The translations under genes were made by a program, and so were the position numbers. From an uncultured Thermus sp. (lineage in GTDB: Bacteria; Deinococcota; Deinococci; Deinococcales; Thermaceae), in the NCBI GenBank assembly GCA_947085095.1, contig CAMTVD010000040.1, positions 1-11,880 of the forward strand: 11,880 nt of DNA. Direction: 5' to 3'. Of this stretch, positions 1-7,009 are shown piece by piece (the stretch's first letter is position 1; each line of letters opens with the position of its first letter). The notes under the pieces are model-generated. The model saw only the letters and a program-made list of their open reading frames with translations, was not told the origin of the DNA and did not search any database.

Positions 1-141
1 GAGGGTGTGTGGCGGCGGGTGAAGGGGTTTTTGATGCCTCGGCGGCACTACGGGGGGGTTGAGGAGCTTAGGGAGGCGGTGGTTCAGGCCCTCAAGGCCC
101 TGGGGGGTGTGGAGTTGAAAATCTTGGGGGAGGGTACTTAG
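1..141 (+). mobile_element. 3' end of IS630-family transposase and right end of the IS (partial, cut by window edge)
   Basis: Frame +1 reads EGVWRRVKGFLMPRRHYGGVEELREAVVQALKALGGVELKILGEGT*, matching the E-x-x-W-x-x-x-K segment that includes the last DDE glutamate of IS630/Tc1 transposases. The stop TAG (139-141) overlaps a TA, the IS630 target dinucleotide, exactly where the neighbouring lipoprotein ORF loses coherence. The left IR is outside the window. Confidence 0.75.
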
Positions 142-1062
142 TGGTGAGGCTACCTGGAGACCAGGGGCTGGGGAAGGACAAGGTGACAGGGCCTGAGGTG
201 AAACCCTTGTACCGCTCCAGCACTTGGGTTGGGGTTGCATCTAGGGCAACGGCGAAGGCCACATAGCGGTCCCCGCTGAGGAACCCACTCACCGGCCAGT
301 AGGTGAAGGAGTTAGCGTTGGCTCCGCTTGCAGAACCCACCTGGCCGCTTCCTTTTTGGTCCTTGCTTAGGTAGGCCACACCCGCAAATACAACGCCAAA
401 TCCAGGGGGTGAGGTCACGGTAACGCCTTGCGGGCTAAGGGCATCGGCATTGCCTAAGTTAACCGTACTGCTACCCCCACTGGTCACATTCACGTTTCGC
501 ACCACCTTGGCAGCTTTGTGGTTGATTGGGTTGCCCGGGGTAAAGACCGTGATCAGAAGGTCCTGGGTCCCCTGGGGTGCGTTCAGGGAGACCGCCACGG
601 TACCGGGAGGGTTGCCTACGCTACCAGGAGACGTAAATCCAAATCCGGATACCAGCACTGTATCGCCAGGTGCTGCCGAGGACAACCCCGAAACGTCCAC
701 GTTCAGGGTGTAGGAAGTGCTAGGGTTAGGCGGGCTGCAGGTCACCTTGGGGTTGGCGAGCTCCGAGGGGGTGGCCTGGATGACATGAACTTCGGGGGGG
801 TACCAGAGAGAAAAGGGTTGCACCGCACCGCTACCCCGTACGTGGTGTTTCCAGATAAGTTGATGGTATACGTGTTGGTTCCAGGGAAAGTGGTGAGGGT
901 AGTCCAAGCTCCACTACCGAGCTGGTAAGCCGCAGCGTAGCCCACGTTCTGCGCGTCCACCACGGTCAGGGTGATGCTGCCAGGAGGGGGGGGCGTCCCT
1001 CCACCGCATCCCGCCAAGAGCAGGGCCGCCAAAAGACCTAAAGCCGTCCACTTCCTCCACAT
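139..1062 (-). pseudogene. Disrupted surface lipoprotein (beta-rich, S/T/G/P-rich): frameshift at G7 794-800 and IS insertion at 139-140
   Basis: ATG at 1062 follows a GGAGAGGAGAGGA SD. The signal peptide MWRKWTALGLLAALLLAGC has an LAGC lipobox (Cys19). The ORF 742..1149 frame (...YGVAVRCNPFLSGTPP) continues in the ORF 92..907 frame (EVHVIQATPSELANPKVTC...) if one base is added to the G7 run. The tail KYPPPRFSTPHPPGP is simply the reverse complement of the IS end. Confidence 0.8.
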
Positions 1063-1137
1063 GATTCCTCTCCTCTCCGAGGGGCTTGACAGGTTTTGGG
1101 GGAAGAAAGTTTTGCCCTTAAGCTGGCCTCGAGGGCC

Positions 1138-1183
1138 AAAGTAGCACAAGCCCGCTTAACGGACCATGAACGGGGGGTGAACG
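1138..1183 (-). promoter_or_regulatory. Putative activator-dependent promoter: three CGTT(C/A)A direct repeats (11-bp period) plus extended -10
   Basis: Minus strand reads CGTTCA-ccccc-CGTTCA-tggtc-CGTTAA-gcgggcttgTGc-TACTTT. Repeats are at 1178-1183, 1167-1172 and 1156-1161, and the -10 is at 1138-1143. No canonical -35 is present. Confidence 0.65.
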
Positions 1184-1350
1184 CCCAAGGGGAGGGTCAA
1201 AACCCCCGAGGAGGTCTTCCCCGGGGGGCCAGGGGTGAGGGTGGCCGTCACCTCCTCCCCCACCAGGGCCCTCTTGGGGGAAAGCTCCACCTGCAGGGGC
1301 CCCGGGGCGCAGGCCACAAGGAGGAGAAAGGTCCAGAAAAGTTTTCTCAA
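1156..1350 (-). pseudogene. Short (64 aa) lipoprotein ORF, probably a truncated remnant
   Basis: TTG at 1350 follows a strong GGAGGTG SD. MRKLFWTFLLLVAC has an LVAC lipobox (Cys14). The last ~23 codons run through a terminator-like hairpin and the next gene's operator repeats. Confidence 0.6.
1199..1227 (-). terminator. Rho-independent terminator-like hairpin
   Basis: Minus strand CCCCCGGGGA-agacc-TCCTCGGGGG-TTTT forms a 10-bp stem with one G-U pair and a 5-nt loop, followed by a short U tract. Confidence 0.6.
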
Positions 1351-1412
1351 GGCTTCACCTCCGCGGGGAAGCTGTAGCCGTCCAGGTCCCAAAGGCTTAG
1401 GGGCATGGAGGG

Positions 1413-1447
1413 AGGATAGGGTAGGGGGCCTGAACGGAGCCTGAACG
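1413..1447 (-). promoter_or_regulatory. Putative activator-dependent promoter: two CGTTCAGGC direct repeats (11-bp period) plus -10
   Basis: Minus strand reads CGTTCA-ggctc-CGTTCA-ggccccctaccc-TATCCT. Hexamer cores are at 1442-1447 and 1431-1436, and the -10 is at 1413-1418. The 12-nt spacer matches the promoter at 1138-1183. Confidence 0.6.
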
Positions 1448-1448
1448 C

Positions 1449-3128
1449 CTAGACTTCCCCCAGCCGGGCCCGGTAGCGCTGGGCCAGGGCCTGGTGGCCC
1501 GCCTCCTCCAAAACCCGGATGGCCTCCTCCAAAGCGGCCCGGTTCCCCTGAAGCTCCGCCAGGTTGGCCAAGGCCGCCGCCAGGAGGAGGTGCTCCCGGG
1601 CCCTCTGAGCCAGCTCCAGGGCCCGCTCGTAGGCTTCCTGGGCCCGCTCCCTCTGGCCTTGGCGGTGGTAGAGGGCCCCCAGGTTGTTCCAGGCCCGGCC
1701 CATGGCCTCGAGGTTCCCCACCCCCTGCGCCAGGACCAGGGCCTTTCGGTAAAGCTCCTCCGCTTCTTGCGGAAACCCCAGGCGCTCCTTCACCACCCCC
1801 AGGTTGAGGAGAAAGCGGGCCTGAAGCAGGGGATGGCCCTCCGTGGCCCCGAGGACCTCCCGGAAGGCCTCCTCCCCCTGGCCCAGCTCCGCCAGGGCCA
1901 CAGCCCGGTTGCCCAGGGCCCCCAGGTGCCGCATCTGCTCCCCGGCGAGGAGAAAGCGCACCGCCGCCCGGCTGAAGGCCTCCGCCGCCTCCTGGAAGCG
2001 CCCCTCGCTCAGGAGGAGGAGGCCCAGGAGGTTCCACCCCTCCCCTTGGGCGTAGGAATCCCCCTGCAGGGCCTTTTCCGCCTCCTTCCTGGCCTCCTGC
2101 CGCTCCCCCATGCGGAAGCAGAGAACCCCTTTGAGGGCGCTTTTTCCCGCGCCCTCCGGCACCTCCTCCAACAGGGCCAGGGCCTCGGCGTACCGCCCCA
2201 GCCGCTCCAGCGCCCGCGCCCGGAGGAGGAGGACCTCGGGGTCTTTGGCCAGGTCCTGGAGAAGGGCTATGGCCTCCTTGGGGTTCTCCTCCACCTCTTT
2301 GCGGGCCAGGTCCAAAAGGGCCCTTTTCCCCCGGGGCACGTCCTCCTCCTGCCAGAGGGGAAGGCTCAGGCGGTAGTAGGGAGCGGCCTCGGCCAAGGGC
2401 AGGCGCCGGGCCAGCTCCAGGGCCACCCGCCGGGCCTCGAGGGTGGGGGGTGGCAGGAAGGTGGGCTCGCCCGTGGGGGTAAGGAGCCCACTTTGCCACA
2501 GGAGCTCCAAGGCCTCCGGGCTAACCCCCAAAACCTCACCAGCCCGGACCGGCCCCAGGAAGGCCACCCCATAAAAGACCCGGCGCGCCTCCGGGGGAAG
2601 GGGCTCCCGGTGAGGCGCCTCTTCGGCCACCTCGGCCACCCCGGGCAGGGCCAGGGCCGCCCGCAAAAGGGCCTCCCCCTCCTCCTCCAACCCCAGGGCG
2701 AAGCGCTTCTCGGCCTCCTTGCGGTGGGTTTCGTAAAGAGCCTGGGCCAGGGCCTCGCGGGTGGACCAGACCCACTCCTCCAGCTCCTCGGCAAGGTCCT
2801 GATCCGCCCCCTCCAGAAACCGGCCCCGGTAGAGGGCCCGGGCCTCCTCCAGCCGGCCCCGGTTCAGGGCCTCCTTGAGGAGGAGGGCGTCGCAGGCCAC
2901 CCGGGCCTCCAGGACCTCGCCCCCAAGGATCTCCACCCCGGCCCGCTTGAGCTGGGAGAGGGCCACGGAGAGGCTGTTCTGGGGGTCCTCCGCCCGGGGC
3001 CAGAAGAGCTCCTGGAGGTAGCGGCGGGACTTGGGGCCCTCGAGGGCCAGAAAGGCCGCCAGGAGGAGGGGCTTTTTCTTGCTAAAAGAGGCCCCCTCTA
3101 ACCTCAGTCCCCCCAGGGTGCGGAGCAC
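1449..3128 (-). CDS. SARP-like transcriptional activator (N-terminal wHTH plus BTAD) with C-terminal TPR array, 559 aa
   Basis: N-terminus LRTLGGLRL...KPLLLAAFLALEG..SRRYLQELFWP...NSLSVALSQLKR is typical of the SARP/OmpR-like wHTH. D...YRGRFLEG...EEWV...RE is a BTAD signature. The C-terminal half has TPR-like units (GWNLLG, LGNRA, LLNLG, AWNNLG, LANLA). GTG start. Confidence 0.8.
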   Translation of the reverse strand: MLRTLGGLRLEGASFSKKKPLLLAAFLALEGPKSRRYLQELFWPRAEDPQNSLSVALSQLKRAGVEILGGEVLEARVACDALLLKEALNRGRLEEARALYRGRFLEGADQDLAEELEEWVWSTREALAQALYETHRKEAEKRFALGLEEEGEALLRAALALPGVAEVAEEAPHREPLPPEARRVFYGVAFLGPVRAGEVLGVSPEALELLWQSGLLTPTGEPTFLPPPTLEARRVALELARRLPLAEAAPYYRLSLPLWQEEDVPRGKRALLDLARKEVEENPKEAIALLQDLAKDPEVLLLRARALERLGRYAEALALLEEVPEGAGKSALKGVLCFRMGERQEARKEAEKALQGDSYAQGEGWNLLGLLLLSEGRFQEAAEAFSRAAVRFLLAGEQMRHLGALGNRAVALAELGQGEEAFREVLGATEGHPLLQARFLLNLGVVKERLGFPQEAEELYRKALVLAQGVGNLEAMGRAWNNLGALYHRQGQRERAQEAYERALELAQRAREHLLLAAALANLAELQGNRAALEEAIRVLEEAGHQALAQRYRARLGEV

Positions 3129-3134
3129 GAGCCC

Positions 3135-3140
3135 ATTTTA
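3135..3140 (-). promoter_or_regulatory. -10 box for a probable leaderless transcript of the SARP-TPR gene
   Basis: TAAAAT, overlapping the folC stop TAA, lies 6 nt before the GTG at 3128. No SD is visible. Confidence 0.55.
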
Positions 3141-4382
3141 TTGCCAGCGCTCCTCCGGGGGGAGGCCCTTCAGGGCCCTCAGGACCTCCCCCACCAGGTA
3201 GAGGCTTCCCGCCACCACCACCCGGTCCGCAAGCCCAAAGGCTCGCTCTATGGCCTTGAGGGGGTCTTCCTCCACCAAAGCCCCGGGGAAGAGGGGGAGG
3301 AGGGCCTTGGGGTCCTGGCTCCGGGGGGAGGCGTAGCGGGTGAGGACCACAGGGGCCAGGCCCCTTAGGGCCTCGGCCATGGCGGCGTGGTCCTTCTCCC
3401 GGGAAAAGGCCAGGACCAGGGCAGCGGGGAGAAGCCCGTGGAAGCGGAGGGCTTCCCTTAGGGCCAGGGCCCCTTCCGGGTTATGGGCCCCGTCCAGGAT
3501 GAGCTCGCCCCGCCCCTGGGGAAGGCGCTGGAGCCGCCCGGGGTTTTCCGCCCTGAGGAGACCCCTTTCCACCGCTTCCCAGGAGGCCCCAAGGAGGCGG
3601 CCGGAGAGGGCGGCCAGGGCCAGGTTCTCCGCCTGGTGGGCACCGAGGAGGGGGGTCTTCAGGAAACGGACCTCGCCGATCCGCTCCAGGCGCAGGGAGA
3701 AGCCGAGGCCTTGGGGAAGGGCCTGGACCTCCTCCACCTGGAAATCCTCCCCCAGGACCCAAAGGGGCGTCCCGCGGGCTTTGGCCTCCTCCTGCAAGGT
3801 GGTAAGCCCCTCCCCCCGGGCGGCGGTGAGGGCGGGGACGCCCTTTCGGAAGATCCCCGCCTTCTCCCGGGCCACGTCCCTCAGGGTGGGGCCCAGGACC
3901 TCCAGGTGGTCGTGGCCGATGTTGGTGACCACGGTGAGGCGGGGCTCGGTGGCGTTGGTGGCGTCCAGCCGCCCCCCCAGGCCCACCTCCAGGACGGCGA
4001 ACTCCACCCCCTCCCGGGCGAAGTGGAGGAGGGCGAGGGCGGTGGCGATCTCAAAGAAGCTGGCCCCCAAGGGCTCCGCCAGGGGGCGGACCTCCTCCAG
4101 AAGGGCGAGGAGCTTCCCCTCGGGGATGGGCCTCCCCGAAACCTGGATGCGCTCGGAGAAGTCCACCAGGTGGGGGCTGGTGTAAAGGCCCACCTTCAGG
4201 CCCGCCTCCTCCAGGCTGGCGGCCAGCGCCCTGGAGGCGCTCCCCTTGCCGTTGGTCCCGCCGATGAGGGCCACGGGGTAGGCCTCCTCGGGGTGGCCCA
4301 GGCGGGCGAGGAGGCCGCGGATGCGCTCCAGGCCAGGGGTAACCACCCCCTGGCGGGCGAAAAGCCAAGCGAGAGGGCTCAT
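3138..4382 (-). CDS. folC: Bifunctional folylpolyglutamate synthase / dihydrofolate synthase
   Basis: Motifs GGTNGKGS (P-loop), YTSPHL, EVGLGGRLDATN, EKAGI, DGAHN and GSLYLVG are all present. Confidence 0.96.
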   Translation of the reverse strand: MSPLAWLFARQGVVTPGLERIRGLLARLGHPEEAYPVALIGGTNGKGSASRALAASLEEAGLKVGLYTSPHLVDFSERIQVSGRPIPEGKLLALLEEVRPLAEPLGASFFEIATALALLHFAREGVEFAVLEVGLGGRLDATNATEPRLTVVTNIGHDHLEVLGPTLRDVAREKAGIFRKGVPALTAARGEGLTTLQEEAKARGTPLWVLGEDFQVEEVQALPQGLGFSLRLERIGEVRFLKTPLLGAHQAENLALAALSGRLLGASWEAVERGLLRAENPGRLQRLPQGRGELILDGAHNPEGALALREALRFHGLLPAALVLAFSREKDHAAMAEALRGLAPVVLTRYASPRSQDPKALLPLFPGALVEEDPLKAIERAFGLADRVVVAGSLYLVGEVLRALKGLPPEERWQ

Positions 4383-4778
4383 CTAACCTTTGAGGCCCGT
4401 CCTGCACCGGGGGCAGAGGCCCCGGTAGGTGACCTCCACGCCCCGCACCTCTACCCCGGGGTGGGCCTTTTGGGCGGGGCCTAAGAGGTCGGGGAGGGAC
4501 ACCTCCAGGTCCACGATGGCCCCGCAGGCCTCGCAGACCAGGTGGAGGTGGGGATGGAGGTTGGCGTCGTACCGGGTGGCCTCCCCCGCCTTGGCGATGG
4601 GCACCAGGTACCCTTCCGCCACCAGGGCCTCGAGGGTGCGGTAGACGGTGGCCAGGCTGACCCGGGGCACCACCTTGCGCACCTCCTGGTAGATCCAGGC
4701 GGCGTCCGGGTGGTTATGGGCCCTCCGCACCACCTCGAGGACGGCCTTACGCTGGCGGGTCAAGCGCTTCAGCGCCAT
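4383..4778 (-). CDS. Fur-family (PerR-like) transcriptional regulator, 131 aa
   Basis: MALKRLTRQR...HP...SLATVYRTL...RYD...HLH..CEAC....D...CPRC. The ATG at 4778 is preferred over the track start at 4808 because a TATAGT box lies just upstream. The stop abuts the folC ATG (TAGATG). Confidence 0.93.
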   Translation of the reverse strand: MALKRLTRQRKAVLEVVRRAHNHPDAAWIYQEVRKVVPRVSLATVYRTLEALVAEGYLVPIAKAGEATRYDANLHPHLHLVCEACGAIVDLEVSLPDLLGPAQKAHPGVEVRGVEVTYRGLCPRCRTGLKG

Positions 4779-4785
4779 CGTTCCC

Positions 4786-4791
4786 ACTATA
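4786..4791 (-). promoter_or_regulatory. -10 box for a probable leaderless transcript of the Fur-family gene and folC
   Basis: TATAGT lies 7 nt before the ATG at 4778. Confidence 0.6.
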
Positions 4792-4814
4792 CCCCAGGGG
4801 GCGGGCAAACTCCA

Positions 4815-5726
4815 CTAAAGGGGTCGGGTTTGCCCGAGAATCTCCCGCCCCCCCTGGTCCAGCACGTCCCGGGCCAGCTCCAGCCCCAGCTCCTCCGCTT
4901 CCGCGGCGTCCCCCTCTATCTCGGCGCGGATAAAGCTTTTGCCGTCGGGGGAAAAGAGGGCCCCCTCCAGGAGCAAGGACCCATCCTCGGCCACCTGGGC
5001 CAAGGCCCCCACGGGGGCCATACACCCCGCCCCCAGGCCCCTCAGGAAGGCCCTTTCCGCCCGCACCCGGTCGTGGGAGGCATGGTGGTGCAGGGCGTAG
5101 CTGAGCTCCTCCGCCAGATCGTCCCCCTGGCGCACCTCCAGGGCCAAGGCCCCCTGCCCCGGGGCGGGGAGCATGACCTCGGGCTCCAGGAACTGGTCTA
5201 TGCGGTTCCTGAGGTCCAGGCGGATGAGCCCCGCCGCCGCCAGGATGATGGCGTCGTACTCCCCATTGCCCAGGGCGGCGAGGCGGGTGTCCACGTTGCC
5301 CCGCAGGTCCTTGACCAAGAGGTCCGGGCGGTGGGCGAGGAGCTGGGCTTTGCGCCGGATGGAGCTGGTGCCCACCACCGCCCCAGGGGGGAGGTCCTCC
5401 AGGCGCTTGTAGGCCTTGCCCAAAAAGGCGTCCCGCGGGTCCTGGCGCTTGGGGATGGCGGCGATCCTGAGGCCTTTGGGCTCCTCGGTGGGGAGGTCCT
5501 TGAGGGAGTGGACGGCGATGTCGATCTCCCGGGAGAGGAGGGCCTCCTGGAGCTCTTTGACGAAGATGGCCTGCTCCCTAGGGTCCGCCCCCCCGTCGCC
5601 CCGGGTCCTGATGGTCTTCACCTTGAACTCCGCCTCGGGCCAGCTCTCCTTGAGGCGCTCCACCACCCACCGGGTCTGGGCCAGGGCCAAGGCGCTACCC
5701 CGGGTTCCCACCACGATGACGCGCAT
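4815..5726 (-). CDS. hemC: Porphobilinogen deaminase (hydroxymethylbilane synthase)
   Basis: Motifs [33 protein letters not shown] and PAPGQGAL, plus the cofactor-binding Cys in GAGCMAPVG. Confidence 0.97.
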   Translation of the reverse strand: MRVIVVGTRGSALALAQTRWVVERLKESWPEAEFKVKTIRTRGDGGADPREQAIFVKELQEALLSREIDIAVHSLKDLPTEEPKGLRIAAIPKRQDPRDAFLGKAYKRLEDLPPGAVVGTSSIRRKAQLLAHRPDLLVKDLRGNVDTRLAALGNGEYDAIILAAAGLIRLDLRNRIDQFLEPEVMLPAPGQGALALEVRQGDDLAEELSYALHHHASHDRVRAERAFLRGLGAGCMAPVGALAQVAEDGSLLLEGALFSPDGKSFIRAEIEGDAAEAEELGLELARDVLDQGGREILGQTRPL

Positions 5727-5734
5727 ACTTTCCC

Positions 5735-5740
5735 ATACTA
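5735..5740 (-). promoter_or_regulatory. -10 box for a probable (near-)leaderless hemC transcript
   Basis: TAGTAT lies 8 nt before the ATG at 5726. Confidence 0.5.
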
Positions 5741-5759
5741 CACGAGGAACCCGGGAAGC

Positions 5760-6998
5760 CTACTCCAGGGCCAGGCCCATGGGGTCCTCCAGAAGCCCCG
5801 CCAGGTGGCGGCAGAAGCGGGCGGCCTCCGCCCCGTCAATGAGGCGGTGGTCGTAGGTGAGGCCAAAGGGCATGAAAAGCCGGGGCAGGAAGGCCTCCTT
5901 TTCCGGGTCCCAGACGGGTTTCATCTGGGAGCGGGAAACCCCCAGGATGGCCACCTCGGGCCAGTTGACGATGGGGGTGAAGCCCACCCCTCCGATCCCC
6001 CCCAGGTTGGAGAGGCTGAAGGTGCCCCCCTGCATCTCCTCCGGGGAAAGCTTCCGCTCCCGGGCCCTTTGGGAAACCTCCTGGAGCTCCCTGGCCAGGG
6101 CCAGGATCCCCTTCTTGTCCACGTCCCGGACCACCGGCACCAGGAGGCCGTGGGGGGTGTCCACGGCCACGCCGATGTGGATGTAGTCCTTGTAGATGAC
6201 CTCCTGCTTCTCCACGTCAAGGGAGGCGTTGAACTTGGGGAAGGCCTTGAGGGTGAGGGCCAGGGCCTTGAGCAAGAAGGCGGTGAGGGTGAGGCGGAAG
6301 CCCTTCTCCTCCGCCTTCTTGGCGTAGCCCTTGCGCAGGGCCTCGAGGTCGGTGATGTCCGCCTCGTCAAAGTGGGTGACCATGGGCACCTGGGCCCAGG
6401 CCTGGGCCATGGCCCTCAGGGTGGCCTTCCGCACCCCGCTCATGGGCTCCGCGCGCACCGGGCCCCATTTGGCGAAGTCGGGGAGCCTGGGCGCGGGCGG
6501 AAGGGCCTCGGGGGCAGGGGCCGGGGCCTGCCCCGCCGCCCGGCGCACGTCCTCCGCGGTGATGCGGCCCGCAAGCCCCGTGCCCCGCACCTTCAGGATG
6601 TCCACGCCCAGCTCCCGGGCAAGCCGCCTCACCGAGGGGGCGGCGGGGATCAGGCGGCGCTCCTCGGGTAGCGGGGCGGGGGGCGCTTTTGGGGCCTCCT
6701 CCCGGAGTTGGGGTGGAACCGGAAGGTCTTTAGGGGGCTCCTCCTTCGGCACCCCTCCCTGGGGGGCCTCGGCCAATAGCTCCAGGAAGGCCTGGCCCGG
6801 CCTGACCTCGTCCCCCACCTTGACCAGAACCCGCTCCACCACCCCGCCCGCCTCCGCGGGCACCTCCATGACCGCCTTGTCCGTCTCCAGCTCCAAAAGG
6901 GGCTGGCCGGGGGCCACCCGGTCCCCCTCCTGGACCAGGACCCCCACCACCGTGGCCACGGCCACGTTATCGCCCAGTTGGGGAATCGTGAGCTCCAT
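5760..6998 (-). CDS. aceF: Pyruvate dehydrogenase E2, dihydrolipoamide acetyltransferase (single lipoyl domain)
   Basis: Lipoyl motif ETDKA, peripheral subunit-binding domain AAPSVRRLARE...GTGLAGRITAEDV and catalytic DHRLIDG. A GAGGAGG SD is present and the gene directly follows aceE. Confidence 0.93.
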   Translation of the reverse strand: MELTIPQLGDNVAVATVVGVLVQEGDRVAPGQPLLELETDKAVMEVPAEAGGVVERVLVKVGDEVRPGQAFLELLAEAPQGGVPKEEPPKDLPVPPQLREEAPKAPPAPLPEERRLIPAAPSVRRLARELGVDILKVRGTGLAGRITAEDVRRAAGQAPAPAPEALPPAPRLPDFAKWGPVRAEPMSGVRKATLRAMAQAWAQVPMVTHFDEADITDLEALRKGYAKKAEEKGFRLTLTAFLLKALALTLKAFPKFNASLDVEKQEVIYKDYIHIGVAVDTPHGLLVPVVRDVDKKGILALARELQEVSQRARERKLSPEEMQGGTFSLSNLGGIGGVGFTPIVNWPEVAILGVSRSQMKPVWDPEKEAFLPRLFMPFGLTYDHRLIDGAEAARFCRHLAGLLEDPMGLALE

Positions 6999-7009
6999 CC
7001 TTCCTCCTC

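Noticed and set aside
580..705. Two further CGTTCA hexamers inside the lipoprotein gene
   Set aside because: They are single copies 120 bp apart, in the opposite orientation, within coding sequence and without a -10 at 12 nt.
92..907. 271-aa ORF as a stand-alone gene
   Set aside because: Its N-terminus is off-frame lipoprotein sequence and its C-terminus is IS antisense. It is the post-frameshift part of the gene starting at 1062.
1156..1447. Repeats interpreted as CRISPR, iterons or recombination sites
   Set aside because: The units are only 6-9 bp with 2-3 copies. No cas, rep or recombinase gene is in the window, and the fixed spacing to -10 boxes fits operators better.
1156..2499. 447-aa Gly/Pro-rich minus-strand ORF
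   Set aside because: It is an alternative frame of the TPR gene. Only its last 64 codons, from the TTG at 1350 with SD and lipobox, look genuine.
3134..3136. ATG just after the folC stop as start of the SARP-TPR gene
   Set aside because: It is out of frame with the 559-aa ORF and is part of the TAAAAT -10 box.
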